A stretch of 64,000 nucleotides of DNA from Eledone cirrhosa. Its lineage: Eukaryota. A model generated the notes under the pieces. The model saw only the letters and a program-made list of their open reading frames with translations, ran no database searches and had not been told where the DNA came from. Positions 26,499 through 38,500 of this stretch are shown one piece after another; position 1 is the stretch's first letter; each line of letters opens with the position of its first letter. A program made the translations under genes and the position numbers. The stretch spans positions 2,914,001 to 2,978,000 of the forward strand of contig OZ024764.1 of the NCBI GenBank assembly GCA_964016885.1, read 5' to 3'.

Positions 26499-27449
26499 AA
26501 GAGCTCTCAGGAGTACAAGGACGCCTGCGATCTCTGGCAAATCTTCCAGGCAACGAGGAACGAGTTGATATCGGAGGTGTTTGGGGAGCCCCTCCCTCCT
26601 CCCGCTGCCGCGTCCCTCACCCCAGGGGCCGGCTCCTCTGGTGTCTCTACTGTGACAGCAGTGATGCAGCAGAGTGCACCACCACCACCGCCGCAGCCAC
26701 ACCACCAACACCAACAACAGCAGCAGCCAACCATCAGCTGCGCGGAGGCTGCCGCGGCTGCTGCCACTGCTGCAGTTGCTGCAGCAGCTGCTGAGTCTGC
26801 TGCCGCCGCAGCCGCCGCCGCCGCTGCTGCTGCGGCGGGCAACCCCGCCGCCTCCTCCGTGCCATCTGGTGGAGGCTTGACCCCCGGGCCGGAGCGCAGG
26901 CGGAGTGCCAGAAAGAACCAGATGGACGGTGGTGGTGGTGGTGGTGTAGGGACAGTCGTGGCGATGGGAGGAGGGGGAAGTGGCGGCGTGCATGCCCCCC
27001 AGCCCCACCGGGCCACCACCGCCGCCGCCGTCTCTGCTGCTGGTGGTGGTGGTGGTGGTGGTGGCGGCGGCGGTGGTGGTGGTGATGAAATGGACGACAT
27101 GGAAGACGAGGACGACGATGACGATGACGAGACCTCGAAGGACGGCGTCTCCCTTCCGTCCATGGCCCTCTCGTCGACGGCGGGGCCCTCCTCGGCGCAC
27201 CACCAGCAGCAGCAGCAGCAGCAGCAGCACCAACACCACCACCACCATCACCACCACCACATGCGGGCTGCTGCTTCCGGTACCCCCAACACCACCTCCG
27301 CTGGTAACACTCCCGTCGGTTCGTCGGAGCACGTGATGCTCTCCAGCGAGGATGCGATGGAGATCAACCAGCTCTACACGGCCATCATTACCGCGAAGGA
27401 CGGAGATCGAGACATTAGCGAAGTCTTCCAGCGACTCCCGCCGAGATCT
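26499..27449 (+). CDS. PBRM1: Polybromo-1 internal exon: end of BD1, low-complexity linker, start of BD2
   Basis: TTTGCAG acceptor, GTGAGT donor at 27450, 951 nt, phase 0-0. Begins KSSQEYKDACDLWQIFQATRNE (continues BD1 in frame) and ends RDISEVFQRLPPRS (BD2 ZA loop). Confidence 0.9.
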
Positions 27450-27503
27450 GTGAGTATTATACACTGGCTTTGTCTTTGTCTTTGTGTTGTATGTCATGTC
27501 AGG

Positions 27504-30489
27504 CAGGGTTGGGCAACATATTCCATTGGGGGGTCAGGGGCCACTTTTGAACAGTGGGACAACTATTAGGGCCATTAATATTTATTAAACACTATTCCAA
27601 AGATTCACCACAACTTTTTTCCATAACATGGAACTGGGATATTATAACACATAACCCTATCAGTGAAGCCCTTTAGTATAGGTCAACTAGGGAATTATAA
27701 CATATAACCCTATCAGTGAAGCCCTTTAGTATAGGTCAACTGGGATATTATAACATATAACCCTATCAGTGAAGCCCTTTAGTATAGGTCAACTGGGGAA
27801 TTAAAACATATAACCCTATCAGTGAAGCCCTTTAGTATAGGTCAACTGGGAAATTATAACATATAACCCTATCAGTGAAGCCCTTTAGTATAGGTCAACT
27901 GGGGAATTATAACATATAACCCTATCAGTGAAGCCCTTTAGTATAGGTCAACTGGGAAATTATAACATATAACCCTATCAGTGAAGCCCTTTAGTATAGG
28001 TCAACTGGGAAATTATAACATATAACCCTATCAGTGAAGCCCTTTAGTATAGGTCAACTGGGGAATTATAACATATAACCCTATCAGTGAAGCCCTTTAG
28101 TATAGGTCAACTGGGAAATTATAACATATAACCCTATCAGTGAAGCCCTTTAGTATAGGTCAACTGGGGAATTATAACATATAACCCTATCAGTGAAGCC
28201 CTTTAGTATAGGTCAACTGGGATATTATAACATATAACCCTATCAGTGAAGCCCTTTAGTATAGGTCAACTGGGGAATTATAACACACATAACCCTATCA
28301 GTGAAGTCCTTTAGTATAGGTCAACTGGGGAATTATAACACAACCCTATCAGTGAAGCCCTTTAGTATAGGTCAACTGGGGAATTATAACATATAACCCT
28401 ATCAGTGAAGCCCTTTAGTATAGGTCAACTGGGAAATTATAACATATAACCCTATCAGTGAAACCCTTTAGTATAGGTCAACTGGGGAATTATAACATAT
28501 ATAATCCTATCAGTGAAGCCCTTTAGTATAGGTCAACTGGGGAATTGTAACATATAACCCTATCAGTGAAGCCCTTTAGTATAGGTCAACTAGGGAATTA
28601 TAACATATAACCCTATCAGTGAAGCCCTTTAGTATAGGTCAACTGGGGAATTATAACATATATAATCCTATCAGTGAAGCCCTTTAGTATAGGTCAACTG
28701 GGGAATTGTAACATATAACCCTATCAGTGAAGCCCTTTAGTATAGGTCAACTGGGGAATTATAACATATATAATCCTATCAGTGAAGCCCTTTAGTATAG
28801 GTCAACTGGGGAATTATAACATATAACCCTATCAGTGAAGCCCTTTAGTATAGGTCAACTGGGATATTATAACATATAACCCTATCAGTGAAGCCCTTTA
28901 GTATAGGTCAACTGGGGAATTAAAACATATAACCCTATCAGTGAAACCCTTTAGTATAGGTCAACTGGGGAATTATAACACATATAACCCTATCAGTGAA
29001 GCCCTTTAGTATAGGTCAACTGGGATATTATAACATATAACCCTATCAGTGAAGCCCTTTAGTATAGGTCAACTGGGGAATTAAAACATATAACCCTATC
29101 AGTGAAACCCTTTAGTATAGGTCAACTGGGGAATTATAACATATAACCCTATCAGTGAAACCCTTTAGTATAGGTCAACTGGGAAATTAAAACATATAAC
29201 CCTATCAGTGAAGCCCTTTAGTATAGGTCAACTGGGGAATTATAACATATAACCCTATCAGTGAAGCCCTTTAGTATAGGTCAACTGGGGAATTATAACA
29301 CATAACCCTATCAGTGAAGCCCTTTAGTATAGGTCAACTGGGAAATTATAACATATAACCCTATCAGTGAAGCCCCTTAGTATAGGTCAACTGGGGAATT
29401 ATAACATATAACCCTATCAGTGAAGCCCTTTAGTATAGGTCAACTGGGGAATTATAACATATAACCCTATCAGTGAAGCCCTTTAGTATAGGTCAACTGG
29501 GAAATTATAACATATAACCCTATCAGTGAAACCCTTTAGTATAGGTCAACTGGGGAATTATAACACATATAACCCTATCAGTGAAGCCCCTTAGTATAGG
29601 TCAACTGGGGAATTACAACACATATAACCCTATCAGTGAAGCCCCTTAGTATAGGTCAACTGGGGAATTATAACACATATAACCCTATCAGTGAAGCCCC
29701 TTAGTATAGGTCAACTGGGGAATTATAACACATAACCCTATCAGTGAAGCCCTTTAGTATAGGTCAACTGGGAAATTATAACATATAACCCTATCAGTGA
29801 AGCCCCTTAGTATAGGTCAACTGGGAAATTATAACATATAACCCTATCAGTGAAGCCCTTTAGTATAGGTCAACTGGGATATTATAACATATAACCCTAT
29901 CAGTGAAACCCTTTAGTATAGGTCAACTGGGGAATTATAACACATAACCCTATCAGTGAAGCCCTTTAGTATAGGTCAACTGGGAAATTATAACATATAA
30001 CCCTATCAGTGAAGCCCCTTAGTATAGGTCAACTGGGAAATTATAACATATAACCCTATCAGTGAAGCCCCTTAGTATAGGTCAACTGGGAAATTATAAC
30101 ATATAACCCTATCAGTGAAGCCCTTTAGTATAGGTCAACTGGGAAATTATAACATATAACCCTATCAGTGAAGCCCTTTAGTATAGGTCAACTGGGGAAT
30201 TATAACATATAACCCTATCAGTGAAGCCCTTTAGTATAGGTCAACTGGGATATTATAACATATAACCCTATCAGTGAAACCCTTTAGTATAGGTCAACTG
30301 GGGAATTATAACACATATAACCCTACCAGTGAAGCCCCTTAGTATAGGTCAACTAACAGAAGTATTATGGTTACGAAAAAAATTGTAAATAAGCCTACAA
30401 GGGAAAAATTAAAAATGGTCATTGCGGGCCACTCTGACTGGTCTGGTGGGCCGGATTGTGGCCCGCGGGCCGCCTGTTGTACGCCCCTG
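27504..30489. mobile_element. hAT-like non-autonomous element carrying a 53-bp array
   Basis: Termini CAGGGTTGGGCAAC ... GTTGTACGCCCCTG, subterminal GGCCCGCGGGCC motif, degenerate 8-bp TSD ATGTCAGG/GTGTAAGG. Confidence 0.65.
27632..30353. repeat. 53-bp minisatellite, about 51 copies
   Basis: Unit ACTGGGGAATTATAACATATAACCCTATCAGTGAAGCCCTTTAGTATAGGTCA. Confidence 0.95.
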
Positions 30490-30626
30490 GTGTAAGGTGT
30501 CTGGTGTGAGGAAGTGGTCTCAGTTGTAGAAACCTTGGAGAAAAGGATCGAGGGCTCCCTTTCACTTGTGACCACAGCTTCTCAGCCCTTTTAGTACTGG
30601 TGTCATTGGAAATGCATCCTGTATGG

Positions 30627-30828
30627 CAGGCATGTCAAATTGAGGGTCTCCCAAGAACCACATGGGTCACTTATGTGTTGTCTGAGGGCCACACATAACA
30701 ACTAATTGCACACATTACAACTAATTTTTTAAATTTTATGTTAAAAAGATTTAAAATGTTTTGCACTGTAAAAACCTTTGTGTGGGCCGCAGATGTGCCT
30801 GTAAAGCGCCGCATGTTTGACATGCCTG
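30627..30828. mobile_element. hAT-family MITE
   Basis: Perfect 13-bp TIR CAGGCATGTCAAA/TTTGACATGCCTG and perfect 8-bp TSD CTGTATGG. Confidence 0.92.
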
Positions 30829-30931
30829 CTGTATGGTGTCTGGTGTGAGGAAGTGCTGCCAATCGTAGGAAACGTGGTGAAAAAAGGGTCGCGGGGACCC
30901 CTTTCACTTATGACACAACACAACAGCCTAT

Positions 30932-31102
30932 GAAGGTGCATGCATGGCTTAGTGGTTAGAGCATTGGGCTTGCAATCGAAAGGTTGTGAGTTCAATTCTC
31001 AGACCGGGTGATGTGTTGTTTCCTTGAGCGAGACACTTTATTTCATGTTGCTCCAGTTTACTCAGCTGTAGAAATGAGATGACAGGACTGGGGTCCCTAT
31101 CA
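30932..31102 (+). mobile_element. tRNA-derived SINE, 5' half
   Basis: A box TGGCTTAGTGG and B box GAGTTCAATTC, same family as 58282-58628. Confidence 0.85.
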
Positions 31103-31499
31103 TTAAATCACCGAAGACACCTCCGAGATATACCTTGGAGGAGGCCTGCTAAACCTGCATAGGTGTCACAACAACAACAATAGCCCTTCTAGAACTGGTG
31201 CCCCCCCAAAATGCATCATGTAAGGTGTTTGGTGTGAGGAAGTGGGCCCTGTCATAGAAACCTTGGCAAAAAACAGGGTTGAGGAGGCCATTTCAGTCGT
31301 GACACCACAGGCCCTCTTATGCTGGTGCCATGATAAAACACACCCAGTACTTTCTGTAAGGTGGTTGGTATTAGGAAGAGCTCCCTGTTGTAGAAACCAA
31401 GTTGTTGCCATGACAGTCAAGAGGGTTTTTCACTCATGACACAATGACCTCTCTAGTTCAAGGGCCACGAAAAATGCATTGAGTGTGTTCCGCTCTGTG

Positions 31500-31953
31500 A
31501 GTTATTGACTGCAGATATATTTGTATTTCTGGCTAGAAGTACCCACTCCTTTCCTCAGTCAGTAGTTGACTGTACCTGTTGCCAGAAGTACCTGCCCTCT
31601 CCTCTCTGTGTGATCGACTGCACATATACTTCCACCTGTTGCCAGAAGTACCTACTCCCCCTCCTCTCTCATTAGTTAATTCCACATATACTTCCGTCTG
31701 CCACCAGAAGTACTGGCCCATTCTCTCTGAGTGGTTAACTCCACATATACAACTGCCTGTTGCCAGAAGTACCCAACCCCTCCTCTCTGATTAGTTAACT
31801 CCACATATACTTGAGTCTATTGCCAGAAGTACCCACCCTCTCCTCTCTCATTAGTTAACTCCACATATACTTGAGTCTATTGCCAGAAGTACCCACCCTC
31901 TCCTCTCTGACCAGTCGACTGCACATATGTTTGTGTTTATTGCCAGAAGTACC
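31500..31953 (+). repeat. ~60-bp tandem repeat, 8 copies, spanning the exon acceptor junction
   Basis: YAG|AAGTAC with the G of AG at 31536, 31585, 31645, 31707, 31766, 31826, 31886 and 31946 (true site). Confidence 0.88.
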
Positions 31954-32114
31954 CGAAATACTATGAGATCATCAAAGAGCCAATTGATCTGAAGTTGATA
32001 GCTCAACGAATACAGGAATCCTATTACCCAAATGTCACCATGCTTGAGAAGGACCTGTTGCTCATGATAAAGAATGCCAAAACCTTCAACGAACCCCGTT
32101 CGCAAGTATACAGG
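31947..32114 (+). CDS. PBRM1: Polybromo-1 internal exon, bromodomain 2
   Basis: TGCCAG acceptor, GTAAGT donor at 32115, 168 nt. My translation (not in the ORF track): KYPKYYEIIKEPIDLKLIAQRIQESYYPNVTMLEKDLLLMIKNAKTFNEPRSQVYR, with the PBRM1 BD2 hallmarks IIKEPIDLK.IAQRIQ and KNAKT.NEP.SQV. Confidence 0.93.
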
Positions 32115-32445
32115 GTAAGTACACGGCCTACTTTATAAGAATCAGAATTGTAGTTGTAAAAAAAATTTTGGTGTATTTTTGTTTTTCGTCTCTCTCTCTT
32201 TCTCTCTTCTCCTTTTTCCCCCCCTGCTGGGGTGGGGGGTGGGACAGATGGGTAGTTTAATTTGGGATGGACAGGTGGGTGCTGTTTGCTATGGGTAGTT
32301 TAATTTGGGGTGGTAGTGGTGCTGCACATGCAGGTAGTTTAGTTTAGGGTGGTGAGGGTTGTGGTGGGTAGGTGGGTAGTTTAATTTGGGGTGGTGGACA
32401 TTGGCTAGTTTAATTTGGATGGTGGTGGGCAGGTTGGTAGTTTAA

Positions 32446-33939
32446 CCCTTTCGCATTTACATTACTCTATATATACTATTGTATTTTCACAGTAAAGGCT
32501 TTACCTCACATAATATCTCACATAACATTTACATTACTCTATATATACTATTGTATTGTCACAGTAAAGGCTTTACCTCACATAATATCTCACATAACAT
32601 TTACATTACTCTATATATACTATTGTATTGTCACAGTAAAGGCTTTACCTCACATAATACCTCACATAGCATTTACATTACTCTATATATACTATTGTAT
32701 TTTCACAGTAAAGGCTTTACCTCACATAATACCTCACATAACTTTTACATTACTCTATATATACTATTGTATTTTCATGGTAAAGGCTTTACTTCACATA
32801 ATATCTCACATAACATTTACTACTCTACATATACTATTGTATTTTCATGGTAAAGGCTTTACCTCACATAATACCTCACATAACATTTACATTACTCTAT
32901 ATATACTATTGTATTTTCATGGTAAAGGCTTTACCTCACATAATATCTCACATAACATTTACATTACTCTATATATACTATTGTATTTTCACAGTAAAGG
33001 CTTTACCTCACATAATACCTCACATAACATTTACATTACTCTATATATACTATTGTATTTTCATGGTAAAGGCTTTACCTCACATAATATCTCACATAAC
33101 ATTTACATTACTCTATATATACTATTGTATTGTCACAGTAAAGGCTTTACCTCACATAATATAGAATCTATGAAATTTTGATGTTATTTATTTTGAGAAC
33201 AATACCTTAACATCAGTATGAGTAGTCGGTTATGGCCAGTTTAAACAGAAAGAGGTTAGAGAATTCTGGTCACATATAGCTTGTTTAAATGCTAAAGGGT
33301 TAAACTGGCCAGAATTCTCTCACCTTTTTCTGTTCAAATTGGTCGTAACTGGCTGCTCATACTGATGTTAAGGTATTGTTCTCAAAATGTCATAGATTCG
33401 ATATTATATGAGGTAAAGCTTTTACTGTGAAAATTCAATAGTATATGTAGAGTAATGTAAATGTTATGTGAGGTAAAGCCTTTACTGTGAAAATACAATA
33501 GTATATATAGAGTAATGTAAATGTTATGTGAGGTAAAGACTTTACTGTGAAAATACAATAGTATATATAGAGTAATGTAAATGTTATGTGAGATATTATG
33601 TGAGGTAAAGCCTTTACTGTGAAAATACAATAGTATATATAGAGTAATGTAAATGTTATGTGAGGTGAAGCCTTTACTGTGAAAATACAATAGTATATAT
33701 AGAGTAATGTAAATGTTATGTGGGATATTATGTGAGGTAAAGCCTTTACTGTGAAAATACAATAGTATATATAGAGTAATGTAAATGTTATGTGGGATAT
33801 TATGTGAGGTAAAGCCTTTACTGTGAAAATACAATAGTATATATAGAGTAATGTAAATGTTATGTGGGATATTATGTGAGGTAAAGCCTTTATTACAAAA
33901 ATACAATAGTATATATAGAGTAATGTAAATGCGAAAGGG
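32446..33939. mobile_element. Inverted dimer of a piggyBac-like (TTAA) MITE with internal 60/71-bp minisatellites
   Basis: TTAA-CCCTTTCGCATTTAC ... GTAAATGCGAAAGGG-TTAA, with an internal terminus GCTAAAGGG-TTAA at 33291-33303. The two arrays are in opposite orientation. Confidence 0.82.
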
Positions 33940-34552
33940 TTAATTTGGGTGGTAGAGGTGGACTTCTTGTTAGTTTAATTTGTGTCTGGGGGAGGGGGGA
34001 CAGAGGGGTAGTATTCACTTTTGCTGGGGGTCGATGACAGATTAATAGATTTTTCTTGCAGGGTGGAGGTAAATAGTCTTAGAAACATCTGCTCTATTTT
34101 GTAGTTCTCTCGGCTCCTTTTTTTCATGGGTGGTGGTCTTCGTTGGGGCATCTGTCATTTTCTTTGATGTTGTTTGTGGTTTTTTTAGGGGTTAGGAAAG
34201 GAATTTAAGGGTTGCTGTATGGGATGGGGTCTTGATTGGGGTGTCTGTCTTTTTCTATGTTGTGTATTTTCTTTTTGAGAGGGGCTGCTGTAAGGTTAAC
34301 TATTTGCTTTAGCTAGAGGGTGGTGGGGCAAAAATGGCCTTAAAATGCTTGTTGCTGTTGTTTCATTGTCTGTTGGTCTACTGGGTTTTTGTAAGGGTTT
34401 TTCTGGTGGTGGGGTGGGGTTATTTGGAGGTTTGAAGTGGAAGGGTGTCGGCAGATTTATTTATTTTGGTGGTGGTGGAGTCTTGTTTGTTTGTGTAATT
34501 TGGCATTTTGGGTGGAATTATTAGTTTTTGTCTTGTATATAAATATATACAC

Positions 34553-34590
<38 letters not shown>

Positions 34591-34790
34591 TTAGTTATGT
34601 ATATGTATGTATATATATGTGTATATATATGTATACATATATATATATACATTTAGTTATGTATATGTATATATATATATATGTATATATATGTATATAT
34701 ATATATACACATTTTGGTATGTATGTATGTATATATATATATATATACATTTAGTTATGTATATGTATGTATATATATATGTATATATAT

Positions 34791-34825
<35 letters not shown>

Positions 34826-34850
34826 CATTTCGTTATGTATATGTATATAT

Positions 34851-34898
<48 letters not shown>

Positions 34899-35534
34899 TA
34901 TAAATAATGAAATAAAAGAGCAGAAGGGAGTTGTGTCTGTTGCCGACACCTGTTTCAGTGGTTAAACCTGCTTGTCTTTCATAAGAGTTAGGCAGAATAA
35001 CACAACACTGCCCCTAACTCAGAATACGTTTACTTCACTTTCTCTGGCAAATTGAGCAAAGTATTTATTAACACCACTCTGACCTACGTGTAGACTCTGT
35101 CACCGTCTTCCGTTGTCTAGTCGTCCTTGCTCTTCCCCTCCACTTCCTCGCATTTATCACATTTATAATCCTTTCTGTGAAGGCACGTGGCTGTGATGTT
35201 TGAGAATTGGATTCGCAATCGTGAGGTTGTGGCTTCGCTGCCCTGACCGGGTGATGTGTGTTATGTCCTTGAGCAAGACATTTTATTTCATGTTGCTTCT
35301 TCTGCCTGGAAAGACCAATGGGCGAATAAGGTCTGGGATCTTGTTGATCGACTGTCGGCTCGATGGTTCTTTCCAATACTGTTTTCTTTTGCTGTATGTT
35401 AAGCCAAACTACTTAGATTGTTATAAAAACCAAACACAGCATACTTGGCAGACTTTAGGACACAGAAGAAAATACTGCGTAGGAAAACATAGAAAACATT
35501 GAAAGAATATTAAGCAGTAGATCTTCATCGTCCC

Positions 35535-38500
35535 TTCTTTTTTTCCTTCACCCACTTATTCCTGAGAGGGTCATGCAGGCAGTGTCCTCAAAGCACTCTT
35601 TCTGCCAGGTTCTGTCAGAAGCAACAGTCTCCAATTGATCCAGCTGGATCCCCAAGTAAGACCAGCTGAGGTCATGGATATTAACTACCCCTGGGTCTCC
35701 TGTCGGTTGGTTTTAACCACATGTCTGTAGTATCAGAGCTGTGGTCTCTCAATTCAGAGATTCTTTCCTAAGACATTCTAACCACATGTCTGTAGTATCA
35801 GAGCTGTGGTCTCTCAATTCAGAGATTCTTTCCTGAGACATTCTAACCACATGTCTGTAGTATCAGAGCTGTGGTCTCTCAATTCAGAGATTCTTTCCTG
35901 AGACATTCTAACCACATGTCTGTAGTATCAGAGCTGTGATCTCTCCATTCAGAGATTCTTTCCTGAGACATTCTAACCACATGTCTGTAGTATCAGAGCT
36001 GTGGTCTCTCAATTCAGAGATTCTTTCCTGAGACATTCTAACCACATGTCTGTAGTATCAGAGCTGTGGTCTCTCAATTCAGAGATTCTTTCCTCAGACA
36101 TTCTAACCACATGTCTGTAGTATCAGAGCTGTGATCTCTCAATTCAGTGATTCTTTCCTGAGACATTCTAACCACATGTCTGTAGTATCAGAGCTGTGGT
36201 CTCTCAATCCAGAGATTCTTTCCTGAGACATTCTAACCACATGTCTGTAGTATCAGAGCTGTGATCTCTCAATTCAGAGATTCTTACCTGAGACATTCTA
36301 ACCACATGTCTGTAGTATCAGAGCTGTGGTCTCTCAATTCAGAGATTCTTTCCTGAGACATTCTAACCACATGTCTGTAGTATCAGAGCTGTGGTCTCTC
36401 AATTCAGTGATTCTTTCCTGAGACATTCTAACCACATGTCTGTAGTATCAGAGCTGTGATCTCTCAATTCAGAGATTCTTTCCTGAGACAATCTAACCAC
36501 ATGTCTGTAGTATCAGAGCTGTGGTCTCTCAATTCAGAGATTCTTTCCTGAGACAATCTAACCACATGTCTGTAGTATCAGAGCTGTGGTCTCTCAATTC
36601 AGAGATTCTTTCCTGAGACAATCTAACCACATGTCTGTAGTATCAGAGCTGTGGTCTCTCAATTCAGAGATTCTTTCCTGAGACATTCTAACCACATGTC
36701 TGTAGTATCAGAGCTGTGGTCTCTCAATTCAGAGATTCTTTCCTGAGACATTCTAACCACATGTCTGTAGTATCAGAGCTGTGATCTCTCAATTCAGAGA
36801 TTCTTTCCTGAGACATTCTAACCACATGTCTGTAGTATCAGAGCTGTGGTCTCTCAATTCAGTGATTCTTTCCTGAGACATTCTAACCACATGTCTGTAG
36901 TATCAGAGCTGTGATCTCTCAATTCAGAGATTCTTTCCTGAGACATTCTAACCACATGTCTGCAGTATCAGAGCTGTGATCTCTCAATTCAGTGATTCTT
37001 TCCTGAGACATTCTAACCACATGTCTGTAGTATCAGAGCTGTGGTCTCTCAATTCAGTGATTCTTTCCTGAGACATTCTAACCACATGTCTGTAGTATCA
37101 GAACTGTGGTCTCTCAATTCAGAGATTCTTTCCTGAGACATTCTACCCACATGTCTGTAGTATCAGAGCTGTGGTCTCTCAATTCAGTGATTCTTTCCTG
37201 AGACATTCTAACCACATGTCTGTAGTATCAGAGCTGTGATCTCTCAATTCAGTGATTCTTTCCTGAGACATTCTAACCACATGTCTGTAGTATCAGAGCT
37301 GTGGTCTCTCAATTCAGTGATTCTTTCCTGAGACATTCTAACCACATGTCTGTAGTATCAGAGCTGTGATCTCTCAATTCAGTGATTCTTTCCTGAGACA
37401 TTCTAACCACATGTCTGTAGTATCAGAGCTGTGATCTCTCAATTCAGAGATTCTTTCCTGAGACATTCTAACCACATGTCTGTAGTATCAGAGCTGTGGT
37501 CTCTCAATTCAGTGATTCTTTCCTGAGACATTCTAACCACATGTCTGTAGTATCAGAGCTGTGATCTCTCAATTCAGAGATTCTTTCCTGAGACATTCTA
37601 ACCACATGTCTGTAGTATCAGAGCTGTGATCTCTCAATTCAGTGATTCTTTCCTGAGACATTCTAACCACATGTCTGTAGTATCAGAGCTGTGATCTCTC
37701 AATTCAGAGATTCTTACCTGAGACATTCTAACCATATGTCTGTAGTATCAGAGCTGTGATCTCTCAATTCAGAGATTCTTTCCTGAGACATTCTAACCAC
37801 ATGTCTGTAGTATCAGAGCTGTGATCTCTCAATTCAGAGATTCTTTCCTCAGACATTCTAACCCCATGTCTGTAGTATCAGAGCTGTGATCTCTCAATTC
37901 AGAGATTCTTTCCTCAGACATTCTAACCACATGTCTGTAGTATCAGAGCTGTGGTCTCTCAATTCAGTGATTCTTTCCTGAGACATTCTAACCACATGTC
38001 TGTAGTATCAGAGCTGTGATCTCTCAATTCAGAGATTCTTTCCTGAGACATTCTAACCACATGTCTGTAGTATCAGAGCTGTGGTCTCTCAATTCAGTGA
38101 TTCTTTCCTGAGACATTCTAACCACATGTCTGTAGTATCAGAGCTGTGGTCTCTCAATTCAGTGATTCTTTCCTGAGACATTCTAACCACATGTCTCTAG
38201 TATCAGAGCTGTGATCTCTCAATTCAGAGATTCTTTCCTGAGACATTCTAACCACATGTCTGTAGTATCAGAGCTGTGATCTCTCAATTCAGTGATTCTT
38301 TCCTGAGACATTCTAACCACATGTCTGTAGTATCAGAGCTGTGATCTCTCAATTCAGAGATTCTTTCCTGAGACATTCTAACCACATGTCTGTAGTATCA
38401 GAGCTGTGGTCTCTCAATTCAGTGATTCTTTCCTGAGACATTCTAACCACATGTCTGTAGTATCGGAGCTGTGGTCTCTCAATTCAGTGATTCTTTCCTG

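Noticed and set aside
26472-27497. Antisense and alternative-frame ORFs over exon 2
   Set aside because: By-product of GC-rich trinucleotide repeats in the PBRM1 exon.
31851-32105. Minus-strand 84-aa ORF
   Set aside because: Antisense shadow of the PBRM1 BD2 exon.
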